From assembly GCF_001194135.2 (NCBI RefSeq), contig NC_068985.1, positions 71,293,883-71,333,621 of the forward strand: DNA of 39,739 bases. Reading direction: 5' to 3'. The translations under genes were made by a program, and so were the position numbers. This stretch comes from Octopus bimaculoides. Lineage: Eukaryota. Shown here in pieces: positions 11,034-22,081 of this stretch (its first letter is position 1; each line of letters starts with the position of its first letter). The notes under the pieces are model-generated. The model searched no databases and was not told where the DNA came from. It saw only the letters and a program-made list of their open reading frames with translations.

Positions 11034-12340
11034 TTACTGCTCGAAAGTTTTTGTTGTCTCCTCCTTCAGTTTGTCCTCGAGGAGATCACAATAAAGCTTT
11101 TTTGAAAGATATTTCTGGCATTCACCAATCGCACCGGGGTAAATGCATTTTAGTGTGTAGTGCAGGCTTGGTGAGATGTGTAATATTTTGATGTGTTCTG
11201 GTGGTGTTGTGTGTGGGTGGTTGGTTGTTTTTATGCCATCTTCTGTTAAGTTTGTTTTTAAGTTGATGTATTCCATCAAATCTGTTTTAAGTGTTTATGG
11301 CTGTGTGGATGGTTGCTGAATATGTTTGTGTGTTGTTGGTGTTGCTGTTGCTGTTGTTTGTGTTAGGGTTCGAAATGTCTTCGGGATTTGTATATATCCC
11401 TGCTTTGTTTGCGTTTGCTTTTGGTTTGATTCTTTTTTTGCTCCTCTTCCTCCGTTTTTCTGGTTATTTGCCATTCCTCACTGCTTTCGTCTTACGACGA
11501 AATTTCTGAGGTATCGGAAGGGGCTAAGGGCATATTGTAAGCGTCGATGTGCGTTTGTGTAAGTGACTGTGTCGTTGTTTTCGTTGATGTTGTTTGTTCA
11601 TTGTTTGTGTGTGGTGTATGTGATATAGGGGAAGGGGAATCAGTTTTTGTATTGTCTTTTGGTTTTTCTGTTTCTTTAGTTCTTGCTGTTGTTTTTCTAG
11701 GTGTTGTATGTTCATTTGTTGGTGTGTTTCTTTTGTCGTACTCCCTTTGCTTGTCTTCTGTGCTGATGGTGTGGGTAGTAAGGGTTCTTTTTCCCTTTCA
11801 TTTTTTCTTTGTTGTGGTTGTTGTTGTTGTTCTTGCTATTTTTGTTGTTCTTTCGCTGTTGAGCACTTAGTTTTTAGGTGCTCTTCGCTGCCACACAAGT
11901 AACAGCGAAGCCTCCGACCTTTTACCACAACGTATAAGTTATGGCTGTCTGGCAGTTCAATTTGGTGTGGGATGCTATTGATTGAGTCCTGATCTATTTG
12001 CATCAGCGACTGAATAGTTTTTCCCGACCGCAAGTGGAATCACTCAGGTGAAGCGTATAGGCAAAGGGGTAAACGCTTAGGACCCAAAGATACTTGCTGA
12101 CGATACGGAATTGTTTCCAGCATTGCAATGGATTTAGAAGAGCTGGCAAGACCTCTGAGTAACTCCTGTAGTTTCTGCTTGGGTCAAAGCATCTCTGGTG
12201 TTTATTTCACCAAGCTTTCAATTTAGAAAAGATAGAAACTGTCCAAGAAAAGGATATAGTTTATGAAGGTATCCTTTCCCAAAGCTGCACCTTCAGTACC
12301 AATTATATGAGCTTTAACACGTCAAGAACCAAGCACTTCA
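11034..12340 (-). pseudogene. Tx1-like ORF1 (gag-like, CCHC zinc knuckle, low-complexity linker), broken
   Basis: LYPFLGQ..KLGEIN near 12210-12270; IPHQIELPD..VVVKGRRLRCYLCGSEEHLKTKC (11836-12033); Q/N/K/T-rich middle with stops; open C-terminal 81 aa ending TKTFEQ*. Confidence 0.8.
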
Positions 12341-12559
12341 GAAAGCATTAAAACGCCAGCCATATAAAAACCAATACTAAAGTTAGTGCTAACGTATTTA
12401 ATGCAGGTGATATTGAATACGTTATTGGCGAGGAAAATCAATATCAGTCAATGACTACAGAAAAAGGATGATTACAACTGAAGCACGTTTGATCATAGAT
12501 CCGATGAATTAAACTCCTCTGAAGACTAAACAGCAACAACAACAACAGATGTAGTCAAA

Positions 12560-12607
12560 GAAGGAGTCTTTTTGTTGTCGTTCGACTTACTAAAAGCAAC
12601 AGTCAAA

Positions 12608-12658
<51 letters not shown>

Positions 12659-12790
12659 GAATACAACCTCCAACCTTAAATGTTCTAATCACGCTACGCC
12701 TGAAAAAAAAACATGGTTTGTTGCGACTGGAATGCTTTTGCTCTCAGGATCAACGTCGACTGGAGCTACACACAAAATAACATTGAAAAC
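12560..12790 (+). mobile_element. Family C copy with internal (CT)n
   Basis: aaaagcaacagtcaaatctc(tc)n...cctgaaaaaaaaacatggtttgttgcgactggaatgcttttg...ggagctacacacaaaataac. Confidence 0.5.
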
Positions 12791-13944
12791 AACATTTTCA
12801 CCATAGAATGAAACTGTTGAATATGTGGACGTTAATATTCATTGCTTCTAATCTGACTTTTGACATTTCCACTAAAATAATGATTACTCACCAACGGTTG
12901 GTGCTACATCACTCACATTATAAGACAATAAGTCGATACGCTGTATTTGTCAAAGGGTGAACTCTGTTAAATTAACAGTAACTAACAACTGTAAAACCAC
13001 TGAGAGTGATGGACCACTATCTCTTGTCACAGAATCCTTCTAGGAGCGGGACATTCTGATGTAAACTTGTAGTTTCACGTTATTACTGGTCATCTCACTT
13101 CGACAGCCACTAGGTGCAAACCATAGACACTCAGAGAGTGGTATACTGGTATATGTGTTGTACAAGCATTTATCAATATAATCCAGTGATGTACAGATAT
13201 CTTCATGGTCACAACATTTGTCATTCCTTCAAGTGAAAACGCTAAGGCGATGGAAGAGTGGTGATATTTGCAGGCCTAATCTGTGAGAAGGTTCAACTTC
13301 AATTCAAAAACGTTAGAAACTTTAATCGGGCAACTTCTTATCCCACAACCCGACCTGACCAATCCAGTGGAAATTAGAATTTGTTTCATATCTTCTATGG
13401 CTCAAATTATGCATGTCTGCACCGGAACAGTCATCTGAGTGGTCATGGACTGAAATTCAGACACACCATTGACAACGAAGGCAGACAAGGAGACACTAAC
13501 CATCTGTGAAGATAGGTTAGACATATGTATATAAACAGGACAAGAGGAGACACATGGGACAGAGAGTCATTGATGAGCTCACAGAATGTGTGACTAAAGA
13601 ATTTTGACAGACAAATAAAATAAAAATGATGATTAAAAATTAAAATGAAGATCAAATAAATAGCGCATGTGTTTAATTAACGAAGAATTATCATCACCAA
13701 GTATAGCAATATCTGTTTCAGCACACGATTTCACATCAAGAATCTCACAAAATAAATAAACAAATACATAAACGTGTGTGTGTGTATACATATGTGTATG
13801 TATGTATGTATACATACATACAATTTAACATTACTCTGAATAATTATTCAATATGTTTCAGTGGAGTCAGCTCCCCTCCATCAGACAGACTGACGAAGGT
13901 GAATCTTTGAAGTTGCTGTCAAACATTTTCTTGTAAAAGAAAAG

Positions 13945-14070
<126 letters not shown>

Positions 14071-14224
14071 ATGTTAGAAATTTATAATATAAATCGAAAA
14101 TTCTCAAGTAGTGAGATATTTTGCTTTTTCGATTTTCTATACTTCAGCGAAAGGTACGTTTTTAGCCAACTGTCTCTTTCTTTTATATTTCTTTTACTTT
14201 TTTCATTCATCAGTGTACAGCCAT

Positions 14225-14372
14225 ACAGTTCAATCAACAAAATCCACTCACAAAGCTTTAGTCTGCTCGAGGTATTAGTAGAAGACATTTGTCCAGGGTG
14301 CCACGCAGTGGTACTGAATCCAGAGCCATGTGGTTGGGGAGAAAACTTCTTACCACATAGCCACGCCTACGC
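14225..14372 (-). mobile_element. SINE A 5' half
   Basis: aaatccactcacaaagc...gtagaagacatttgtccagggtgccacgcagtgg...cttaccacatagccacgcctacgc. Confidence 0.85.
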
Positions 14373-14539
14373 TTGTATTGAAATTCAATTCTTTTATTTC
14401 TAATGTACGTGGTATTGAAGTACCACAAATATACACGTATTTTAGTTTTAGATAAAGGCTTAGAGACTTGGGAATAGCTTTCTTGTGCGAGTGCAGTGAG
14501 TTAAAATCTCTACATACCGGACTCCAGTAGGTTTCAGGC

Positions 14540-14870
14540 GTAACCAAGACAGAATGTGCACCGTTTCGAGACTTTCTTCTGGGCGGCTGTATAGCGCATT
14601 GGCCTCCATCTCACTGATGAGAGGCTCCGACCTTCTGGATCGATTGACTTATTCGATCTTAAGCTCATTTCAGGATCATCGCCACCATTCAAATTGAGAG
14701 GTTTTGCAGTTCTGATTTGCAAATAGGCACTTATCTCATACCCTCTCATTACCTCTCCAACTGGGTTTCATCATCCCTTTTCAGCCATATCCAGTATCTG
14801 ACTTTCTCAATCTGTCGTCAGGATTTCTTTCAAGATGGCTTTTGATTCATGATCATTGATACCAACTGAA
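14540..14870 (-). mobile_element. PLE 3' relic: GIY-YIG C-terminus + vestigial hammerhead
   Basis: TTD*ESQILDMAEKG..RGYEISAYLQIRTAKPLNLNGG resembles IDWE..ILD..R..EA..I...P.LNRDGG; followed by CAGAAGA..TCTCGAAACGGTGCAC..GTC. Confidence 0.6.
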
Positions 14871-14999
14871 AGCAGTCACAGTCTCAGTGTAATTTCTTTT
14901 TTAATATATCAGTACGACTTCGAGTTTAATAGAATATAATTTGAAATTTAACAATAAACATATAGAACTATAGGTTACTGAAAGGAAAATTTAAAACTT

Positions 15000-15740
15000 T
15001 AACCCATTTTTAATGATTTTTGTTGCTGAATTGCAGAAGACAAGTTGCTTTATAAAAGACCTCATAAATTTTAATGCTAAGTAAACAGTACTTATTGTAT
15101 ACACATTTAAGCTACACAGGCAATATTCAAGTCATCATCCATTCGATTTCTTTTCTTCGTTTTGTATTACTTAATGTTGAGGACAATACTTCAGATTTAT
15201 ACATCGGTGAGAAAATTTGGATGAATTCAATTCCAACAAGTTCGCAGTTTAAATGTTTATTCACAATTACTTGTACACGTTCACGTACAATTTCTTCTAA
15301 ATCCACTTTAAGTGTAATGAATTTTTGCTTTCAAATAAGATTGGAAGACGACTAACTGCATTTCTAGATCCTTCAAGCCAACCACTCAAATGCATCTAAT
15401 TTCAAATTCGTGCTTCGTCAGGATATTTTGTAAATTGTATTGTTTTCACTAAATCTCTGAATTGCACAAATCTAGAGGAAACCTGGTCAGCAACAGCCCT
15501 TGTAATTTTTATAAACAGTTTTGCGTGTTGTTCAAAATTCTTACAGATATTTCCTTCGAACAAAATGTCTTCCTCCTTGAGTAATACTTGAAACTTTTAC
15601 TTTCTAAATCCCATTGAAACATGTCGAGTTTACTCTCAGATCTCTTGATCAATACAAGTATTACGTCAATAGATTTCCCAAAACTTTGAATTTTAACATT
15701 GAGTTCATCTAATTAAGAGTAGCGAAAAATGCTGACAAAG
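15000..15740 (-). mobile_element. hAT (Charlie/GTF2IRD2-like) transposase relic, C-terminal half, internally deleted
   Basis: LDELNVKIQSFGKSIDV..KRSESKLDMFQWDLESKSFKYY; SSRFVQFRDLVKTIQFTKYPD; FEWL..DLEMQLVVFQS; FSPMYKSEVLSSTLSNTK..KRNRMDDD..IACVALKC..QQQKS. Confidence 0.85.
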
Positions 15741-16500
15741 AAGTTAATCTACATTTAAAGAAGGAAACAGAAAATAGGAGAGATGATCGGAATGGGCAAG
15801 AGTTGAAGAGAGTGAGTTTTGCGTTTGGAGTAAAATGGTGTTCAAACTGAATAATAAAAGCCACTTTTTATTAAAATACATTTAAATTGGAATTTTTAAG
15901 CTTTTACCATCATAACCACTTTGATCAATGGTTCTTAAACAGAGCAGTAGTACTCTCTATGTGTGTTGTGAACTTATAAGGGAGGGCTATGGAGAGTACT
16001 GAGTACCTAGAGAGATTATGAGTTTTCTTAAAAAATGATATATTTAAACCAAATATTAATATCAATATTTATGCTTTAAACATATTTTCAGTAAAAAAAT
16101 CTTTGTCAGGATTAGAATATGAGTTGGACATTGTGTTATCAGTGAGCAGGAGCAACACTAATGATCCACTAAGATGCAATATAGTTTCGTTGTATAAGTC
16201 CTTGCTTTCTTGACTAATTTTCATAAAGATTTAACGTAGAAATACTAATCCACGCAAATATGAAATAAAATGAGCTGACGGGTAGCATAGTAAGATAAAG
16301 GGTAGATAAGAAACCTTTACATAAAACTGAGTTTCAACAATCACCTTCTTTTTTTCAAAACATTGAAGAGAGCATTTGTAAAACTTATTCGATGAAAATG
16401 GGGTGTTGAGCTATAAAAAGTGAAAAACCACTAAAAGATCGATTCAAAATGTTTTTAGAGTTTTTGGTTACATAAATACATATACTTACATTATGCTCAT

Positions 16501-16534
<34 letters not shown>

Positions 16535-16829
16535 TGTATGTATGTATGTATGCATGTATGCATCTACAGACCATGTATGTATCTACATATTATGTATGTA
16601 TGTATCTGCAGACACACACACATAGACTCTTTTTTCTATGTTGAATGTTCTTTTCATCCGAATGAATACCATAGACATGTACTCACTCCAATCCTCTTGA
16701 GTTGTATTTACAAATTAAGATTAAGAAATTTTGAAGATGGAAAAGCATCCTTTCATTTATCTCTTAAGAAGCATAAAAATAACGCTTTGGAAAGCTCTAC
16801 ATAGGAGGCCTTATCGAATAATGCAAACA

Positions 16830-17245
16830 AAGAAAATATGCAGTGAAAGACCTTTCTCTTGGAGGAATGGATTAGCAGAAGACCTGCAAGAACCGATTCA
16901 AAGCACAAAATATTTTTCCACTACCCCCAAATTAAGGACAACTAAAACTTTGAGTCCGGTCTCATCAAATTGATACAATGTAAGGTTTTCAGCATTACAC
17001 CAATCTTTTTAAAAAGAATTTAACCATATATATATTTAAAAAAAACTTCAGATACATCCCAAATGTACATATGCTTCACACAACACAAAGACTATATATG
17101 AAGTGAGAACAACAACAGGCTGACTGCCTTACAGATATCTCCAAGACATTTTAGAAAACAATCACATAAAATGCACAAATGCGAAGACTAACTTTCCAAC
17201 TAAAGGGAAAAGACCACGTGGATCGCCTCGCCAAGCAGTCAACGT
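16830..17245 (+). pseudogene. Decayed RNase H1-like domain, probably retroelement-borne
   Basis: Across frameshifts: ICSERPFSWRNGLAE..YFSTTPKLRTTKTL..*YNVRFSALHQ; NLTIY..SDTSQMYI..KDYI*SENNNRLTA; LQDILENNHIKCTNAKTN..KGKDHVDRLAKQ, collinear with RNase HI motifs (YTDG..NNG, TNN.AEL.A, TDS.Y, W..W..NGW.T, H....GN..AD.LAK). Confidence 0.5.
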
Positions 17246-17271
17246 ACGTTATTATTAAGGATCATGGGGAT

Positions 17272-17487
17272 AAGGTGGCGAGCTAACAGAATCGTCAGCA
17301 CGCCAGGCGATATGCTTAGTGGTATTTCGTCTGCCGATACGTTCTGAGTTCAAATTCCGCCAAAGTCGACTTTGCCTTTCATCCTTTCGAGGTTGATGAA
17401 TTAAGTACCAGTGAAACACTGGGGTCGATGTAATCGACTATCACCCTCTCCCAAATTTCAGGCCTTATGCCTATCGTAGAAAGGATG
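17272..17487 (+). mobile_element. SINE B, full length (tttcaggccttatgcctatcgtagaaagga tail variant)
   Basis: aaggtggcgagctaacagaatcgtcagcacg...gagttcaaattccgcc..gtcgactttgcctttcatcctttc. Confidence 0.92.
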
Positions 17488-17592
17488 AAAGGCAAAGTCG
17501 ACCCCGGCGGAATTTGAACTCAGAACGTAACAGCAGACGAAATACGGCTAAGCATTTCGCCCGGCGTGCTAATGATTCTGCCAGCTTACCGG
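17479..17592 (-). mobile_element. SINE B 5' half, inverted and fused to the previous copy
   Basis: gaaaggatgaaaggcaaagtcgaccccggcggaatttgaactcagaacgt...gctaatgattctgccagc. Confidence 0.92.
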
Positions 17593-17840
17593 GATTAGGG
17601 CACTATTGCCATCAGCAAGTGGTAAAACGGTATCGAAACAAGGCACCCAGCAGATTCACCCAACTTCAGATTGGCACGAAGCCAGAAATTACGGTGTTGA
17701 CGCAATTTGGTCGGCCGATATAGAATTTCGATGCTTGTTAGCATTTGTCGTCTACGCGAAATGGTGTTTCGGGACGTTCACCACAGTTTACAGCGTTATG
17801 AACCACACTGCCAGGTTAGATTGGTTGTGCTAATTAATCT

Positions 17841-17954
17841 GTGTGTGTGTGCGCGTATACATATATGTATGTATGTATATATATATATATATGGTCTCTC
17901 TCTCTCCCTCTCTCTCTCTCTGTCTGTCTCTCTATCTCTCTCTCTCCCTCTCTC

Positions 17955-18003
<49 letters not shown>

Positions 18004-18012
18004 ATATATATA
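17841..18012. repeat. Compound (TG)/(TA)/(TC) microsatellite
   Basis: Direct reading. Confidence 0.95.
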
Positions 18013-18084
18013 TGGGTGTGTTTGTATGTATTAAGATATTGATCTATACATATATATCAGATAAAGCAGAATCGAAGTAGACTG

Positions 18085-18232
18085 GTGGTGGTGGTGGTCA
18101 GTGTCACTATTACCATTTCATCCTCCATCGAATCTCTCCGTCAACACCACCAACATGATACCATCACAATTCAACTCCAATCCCATACCCACAACCTTAG
18201 CACCACCATCATAACCTTCATCATCAGTATAG

Positions 18233-18277
<45 letters not shown>

Positions 18278-18380
18278 ATAGCAGCAGCAGTAGCAGCAGC
18301 GATAGAAGCGACAGCATTATTTTCACCATCAACATCTCCAATACCACCGATATTATTACTAAACACTATCACCACCAAAT
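18085..18380. repeat. Cryptic CAT/CAC/AGC trinucleotide low-complexity block with (CAT)n core
   Basis: (CAT)n at about 18233-18277; degenerate triplet periodicity on both sides. Confidence 0.85.
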
Positions 18381-18582
18381 ACCCTCCGTCTGGCTATCTG
18401 TTTTGCTCAAATCTCTGTCTGTTTGTATGCCTATCTCTCTATATATCGAATTATATCTAATGGAACAATACCTTCAATCTAATTAGTCCCTGGCGCAGCT
18501 TCGAACGAAACAAAATATTTTATTGTTTGTGTTTTTTGTTTTTTTAACTTTTCTTTTGCTAAATGTTTTCAATAAGATATAT

Positions 18583-18585
18583 ACA

Positions 18586-18650
<65 letters not shown>

Positions 18651-18815
18651 GTGTGTGTGTATATACATGTGTGTGTATATGTAATTTTGTACATCTATCT
18701 ACATATAAATATGTATATGTGTGTGTGTGTGCGCGCGCGTATGTGTGCACATATATACATACATGCAAGCATACATACATACATACATACATTCATTCAT
18801 TCATACATACGTATA
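18583..18815. repeat. Compound (CA)/(TA)/(TG)/(ATAC)/(ATTC) microsatellite
   Basis: Direct reading. Confidence 0.95.
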
Positions 18816-19162
18816 TGATGGATAGGAAGGCCACTAATGCGTATGTGATTTTCTTCATTCTCTGTTGATTTTCTGCGACCGTTAAGAATAGGAAATAATT
18901 ATTTTATTCTGTATAAAGTCATTTTTCATTGGCTATTCTTTTCAAGTTAATATCTTTGTTTCGTAATGTTCTGCACTGCCCTCTCATCCCTCCACCTTTC
19001 ACACTTTTTCTCTTTCTCTTTACTCTCTTTCTCTCTTTCTTTATCTCTCTCTTTTTCTCTCACTTATAATCGAAATTAATTCTCTTTAAATATTTTTTTT
19101 TTTACTTTTTAATGTATTTAATATTTATCTATTCTCTAAACATAGACTATTTCCAACATTCC

Positions 19163-19163
<1 letters not shown>

Positions 19164-19201
<38 letters not shown>
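19164..19201. repeat. Poly-T tract, 38 nt
   Basis: Direct reading. Confidence 0.95.
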
Positions 19202-19459
19202 CATTGTGATGTGATTTTACAAGTAAATGAAAATACATGAAAGATTTTATGAAACTATTTTGCAGACAATATAATATTAGTTCTAGGCGGTGAACTGGCA
19301 GAATTTTACAGATTCTGCAAATTTTATAGATTTTGGAAGTATTTTTTTCATAAACATTTTCGAAAATTTCTCGTGTACCTCTGAACCATATCACACAAGA
19401 GAAAAAAAGAGAATTTTCGAAACAAAACAAATCGGTGACTATACAGAAGATAATTGATA

Positions 19460-19682
19460 AATAGTGGTTTCAAATTTTGGCACAAGGCCAGCAATTTCAG
19501 GAGGGAAAAGGCTAAGTGGATTACATCGACTCCAATGTTCAACTGGTGCTTTTTTAATTGGCCCCGAAAGGATGAAAGGCAAAGTCGACCTGGGCGGAAT
19601 TTGAACTCAGAACATGAAGACGGACAAAATACTGCTAAGCATTTCGACCGGCGTGCTAACGATTCTGCCTGCTTGTTGCCGT
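19460..19682 (-). mobile_element. SINE B, full length
   Basis: ggtttcaaattttggcacaaggccagcaattt...gaaaggatgaaaggcaaagtcgacc...gcgtgctaacgattctgcc. Confidence 0.92.
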
Positions 19683-19779
19683 ATACTTGATACATATTAA
19701 AAATATTTGAAATAAAATTTTTGTAATTATTTTTAACTGCTTCATAAGAAAAACTAAGACAGTAGTACAGAACTTTAAC

Positions 19780-20560
19780 GGAGATTCACCATTTCAAAAA
19801 CTAACCTACGAGAAACTATGACATATTGGAATCACATTCATTCGAATGTCTATGGAATTAATGTGATTAAATATTGGTTTAATACGTTCCAATTTAAGTT
19901 ACTAGAATGGATTGAAGAAAACTTGGTCAGCTGTGGACTAAGATTCATATTACAAAACAGTTCTTTCATGTACGAGGAATCAATGAACCTGCAAATATCT
20001 AGAAATACAGAGAGCACTGCATTAGCCTCTACTTATGCCGATTTAATAATGGGTCTTCGTGAGAAGAAAATATTTGATGAATCTTTACAAGCATTTGGAA
20101 ATATTTTATACATATTGAAGAAATAACAGAAAATTATGTCTAGATTACTGTTTCAATTTTGGTGGGCAGGATAATCTTGATAAACTTATCGAATTTAAAA
20201 GTCTGATTATTAATATAACCCTTAATATTAAATTCACGGCAGAATTCAACCTAAAGGAACAACCATTTTAGGAATTTTAATCATGAAAAGAGGTAGGAAG
20301 AGAGACTGATTCTCTTCACATCCTCTCAACTTACGCATACAAAAATGAAAATTCTATTCAACCGACCAAAAAGAACTTGCACAACAATATCGAATCTTAC
20401 GAAATAAGATCAAAGACTAGACGAATTGTAAAACATGCCTATTCAAAGAACATTTCCACTAAGTCTGGTTACAAATGGAACAGAAAGGGCAAAACATATA
20501 AATTTTCAAAATCTAAAACTGAGAAAAAACTAAAACTGAGAAAAAAAGTTTCACTATTTG
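19780..20560 (+). mobile_element. Decayed Penelope-like reverse transcriptase
   Basis: HSNVYGINVIKYW..GLRFILQNSSF..TALASTYADLIMG; LDYCF.F (degenerate YLDDCF); LIEFKSLIINITLNIKFTAEFNLKEQPF. Confidence 0.85.
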
Positions 20561-20879
20561 TATATATATAACATTTGACTATATATTGATAAAAACTTAC
20601 CTGTTTTATATCAAGCTTGGAAAATGAAAAGTTTTGGAAAAATCAATAAATCATGAAAAGCAAAGGACAGCTTAAAACGTTGAATACATAAATATTTGAC
20701 AATCTCCATAATAAAGTCTAGCATACTGCTGTCTGGGCAACTCTGAGGAAACTTACCAGCATGAGAGATTACTCTCTTAACTGCATTGTGGAGGGATAAC
20801 GGTGACCAGCGTACAAATGTCCAGTTTCAACACTTGAATTTACTACTTGGTAAAACAGCACTACGCGACACTAAACGCG

Positions 20880-20896
20880 CGTGTGCGTGTATGTGA

Positions 20897-20965
<69 letters not shown>

Positions 20966-21015
20966 TGCATGCGGGCGTGCATGCGTGTGGATATGCATGT
21001 ATGCATGCATGTATG
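20880..21015. repeat. (TG)n plus (ATGC) degenerate tract
   Basis: Direct reading. Confidence 0.95.
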
Positions 21016-21099
21016 TATTATTCTATATAAGTATAATACGAAATATTTTAATATTAAAAAGGAATCAAAAGTCTCACGTACAGTCATGATATGATTGGG

Positions 21100-22010
21100 C
21101 TCTATATTGCATCACCCTTATATACAAAATATATTTTTGTTTCAAGTTCATTTTATAGAAACGACAGCCAAATCCTTCTGAGAAGCTTCAACCTAAAAGA
21201 AAACGATACCTCCAAATTTAGAATGAACTTCAATTTCTTCTTTATAAACCCAATCCACTTTCGTGACAATATATATACACTACTTAAGAGAAAGACATCA
21301 AATTTCTAGATCTGAACTTAAATTTAGAATCTTGCACCTATGAGCCCTTCGAAACAGAAAATGAAGAAATTTGATGCATAAGTAATACCTAGGTTAAACC
21401 AAATTCTCATAAAGAACATACCTCCAAAACACTCTAATTTACCCCCATAACATATCTAAAGTTGATAAAAATTGATGCACCTTAGAATGTAACATTACAC
21501 AATAGCAGTTATAAAATCCAAACTACGACACACTAATAACACAACATCAACATCTAAATGAGAAATACAAATAGAAGCAAATGATTGCTTGGTTTAATCC
21601 GCCGTTCAGACAACAATTCCTACATCAATTACTGCTCTGTTATTCAAAATCCTACAAAAGTACATCCTCTTTGACGAAATCGCATATTAATCCATAAGCA
21701 CAACATATGAAAACTATGTTCTAATAAATTTGAGCAAATTTAGCTGAGTTTAACCTTAAAAACTATCTAAAGAGCCTCAGCCACATATCAAAGTTAAACA
21801 ACCGTAAATCCAACAATATTTCATATAGTCATTTAGGCAAAAACTGCCTTGCTGTCGACGGCGAAAACGTAAGCACTATCTACTTTGGCGCAGTACACAG
21901 AAGAAACAACTTTGGCAGTGTCTTCAAGACAAGACAATGCCAAACATAGGTTTCATGACTTGATTAGAAAAGACAATGTATCATTTTCTAACTAAGTAGG
22001 GCCATTTAAG
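21100..22010 (+). mobile_element. Second decayed PLE of a different lineage (YRDD / WFNPPF type), RT C-half to GIY-YIG
   Basis: FYRNDSQILLR (YRDD-like), IKFLDLNLNLESCTYEPF, SSYK, WFNPPF, then IYFG..VFKTR and SFSN*V..FK resembling YIG..FKTRY and LSNYVW.LK. Confidence 0.75.
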
Positions 22011-22037
22011 TCAGCGCGCGCGAGAGAGAGAGAGAGC

Positions 22038-22081
<44 letters not shown>

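Larger units (their letters stand above)
10215..12340 (-). mobile_element. L1/Tx1-like LINE derivative: ORF1 + APE N-half + ORF2 C-terminal tail, RT domain absent
   Basis: ORF1 knuckle CYLCGSEEHLKTKC; APE motifs; C-terminal FFKYHLKTKIKVEREVL..RWVNVARM; only about 0.7 kb from ORF2 start to ORF2 end. Confidence 0.88.

Noticed and set aside
12960-13440. Open minus frame CDHEDICTSLDYIDKCLY.. and a weak APE-like reading on the plus strand
   Set aside because: Neither could be anchored by diagnostic motifs; left unannotated.
15924-16030. CAATGGTTCTTAAAC as a Charlie-type TIR
   Set aside because: No partner TIR or 8-bp TSD found.
18085-18486. Poly-I/D/S ORFs here and the poly-M/V/D ORF at 39023-39460
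   Set aside because: Trinucleotide low complexity keeps frames open; no domain signal or splice support.
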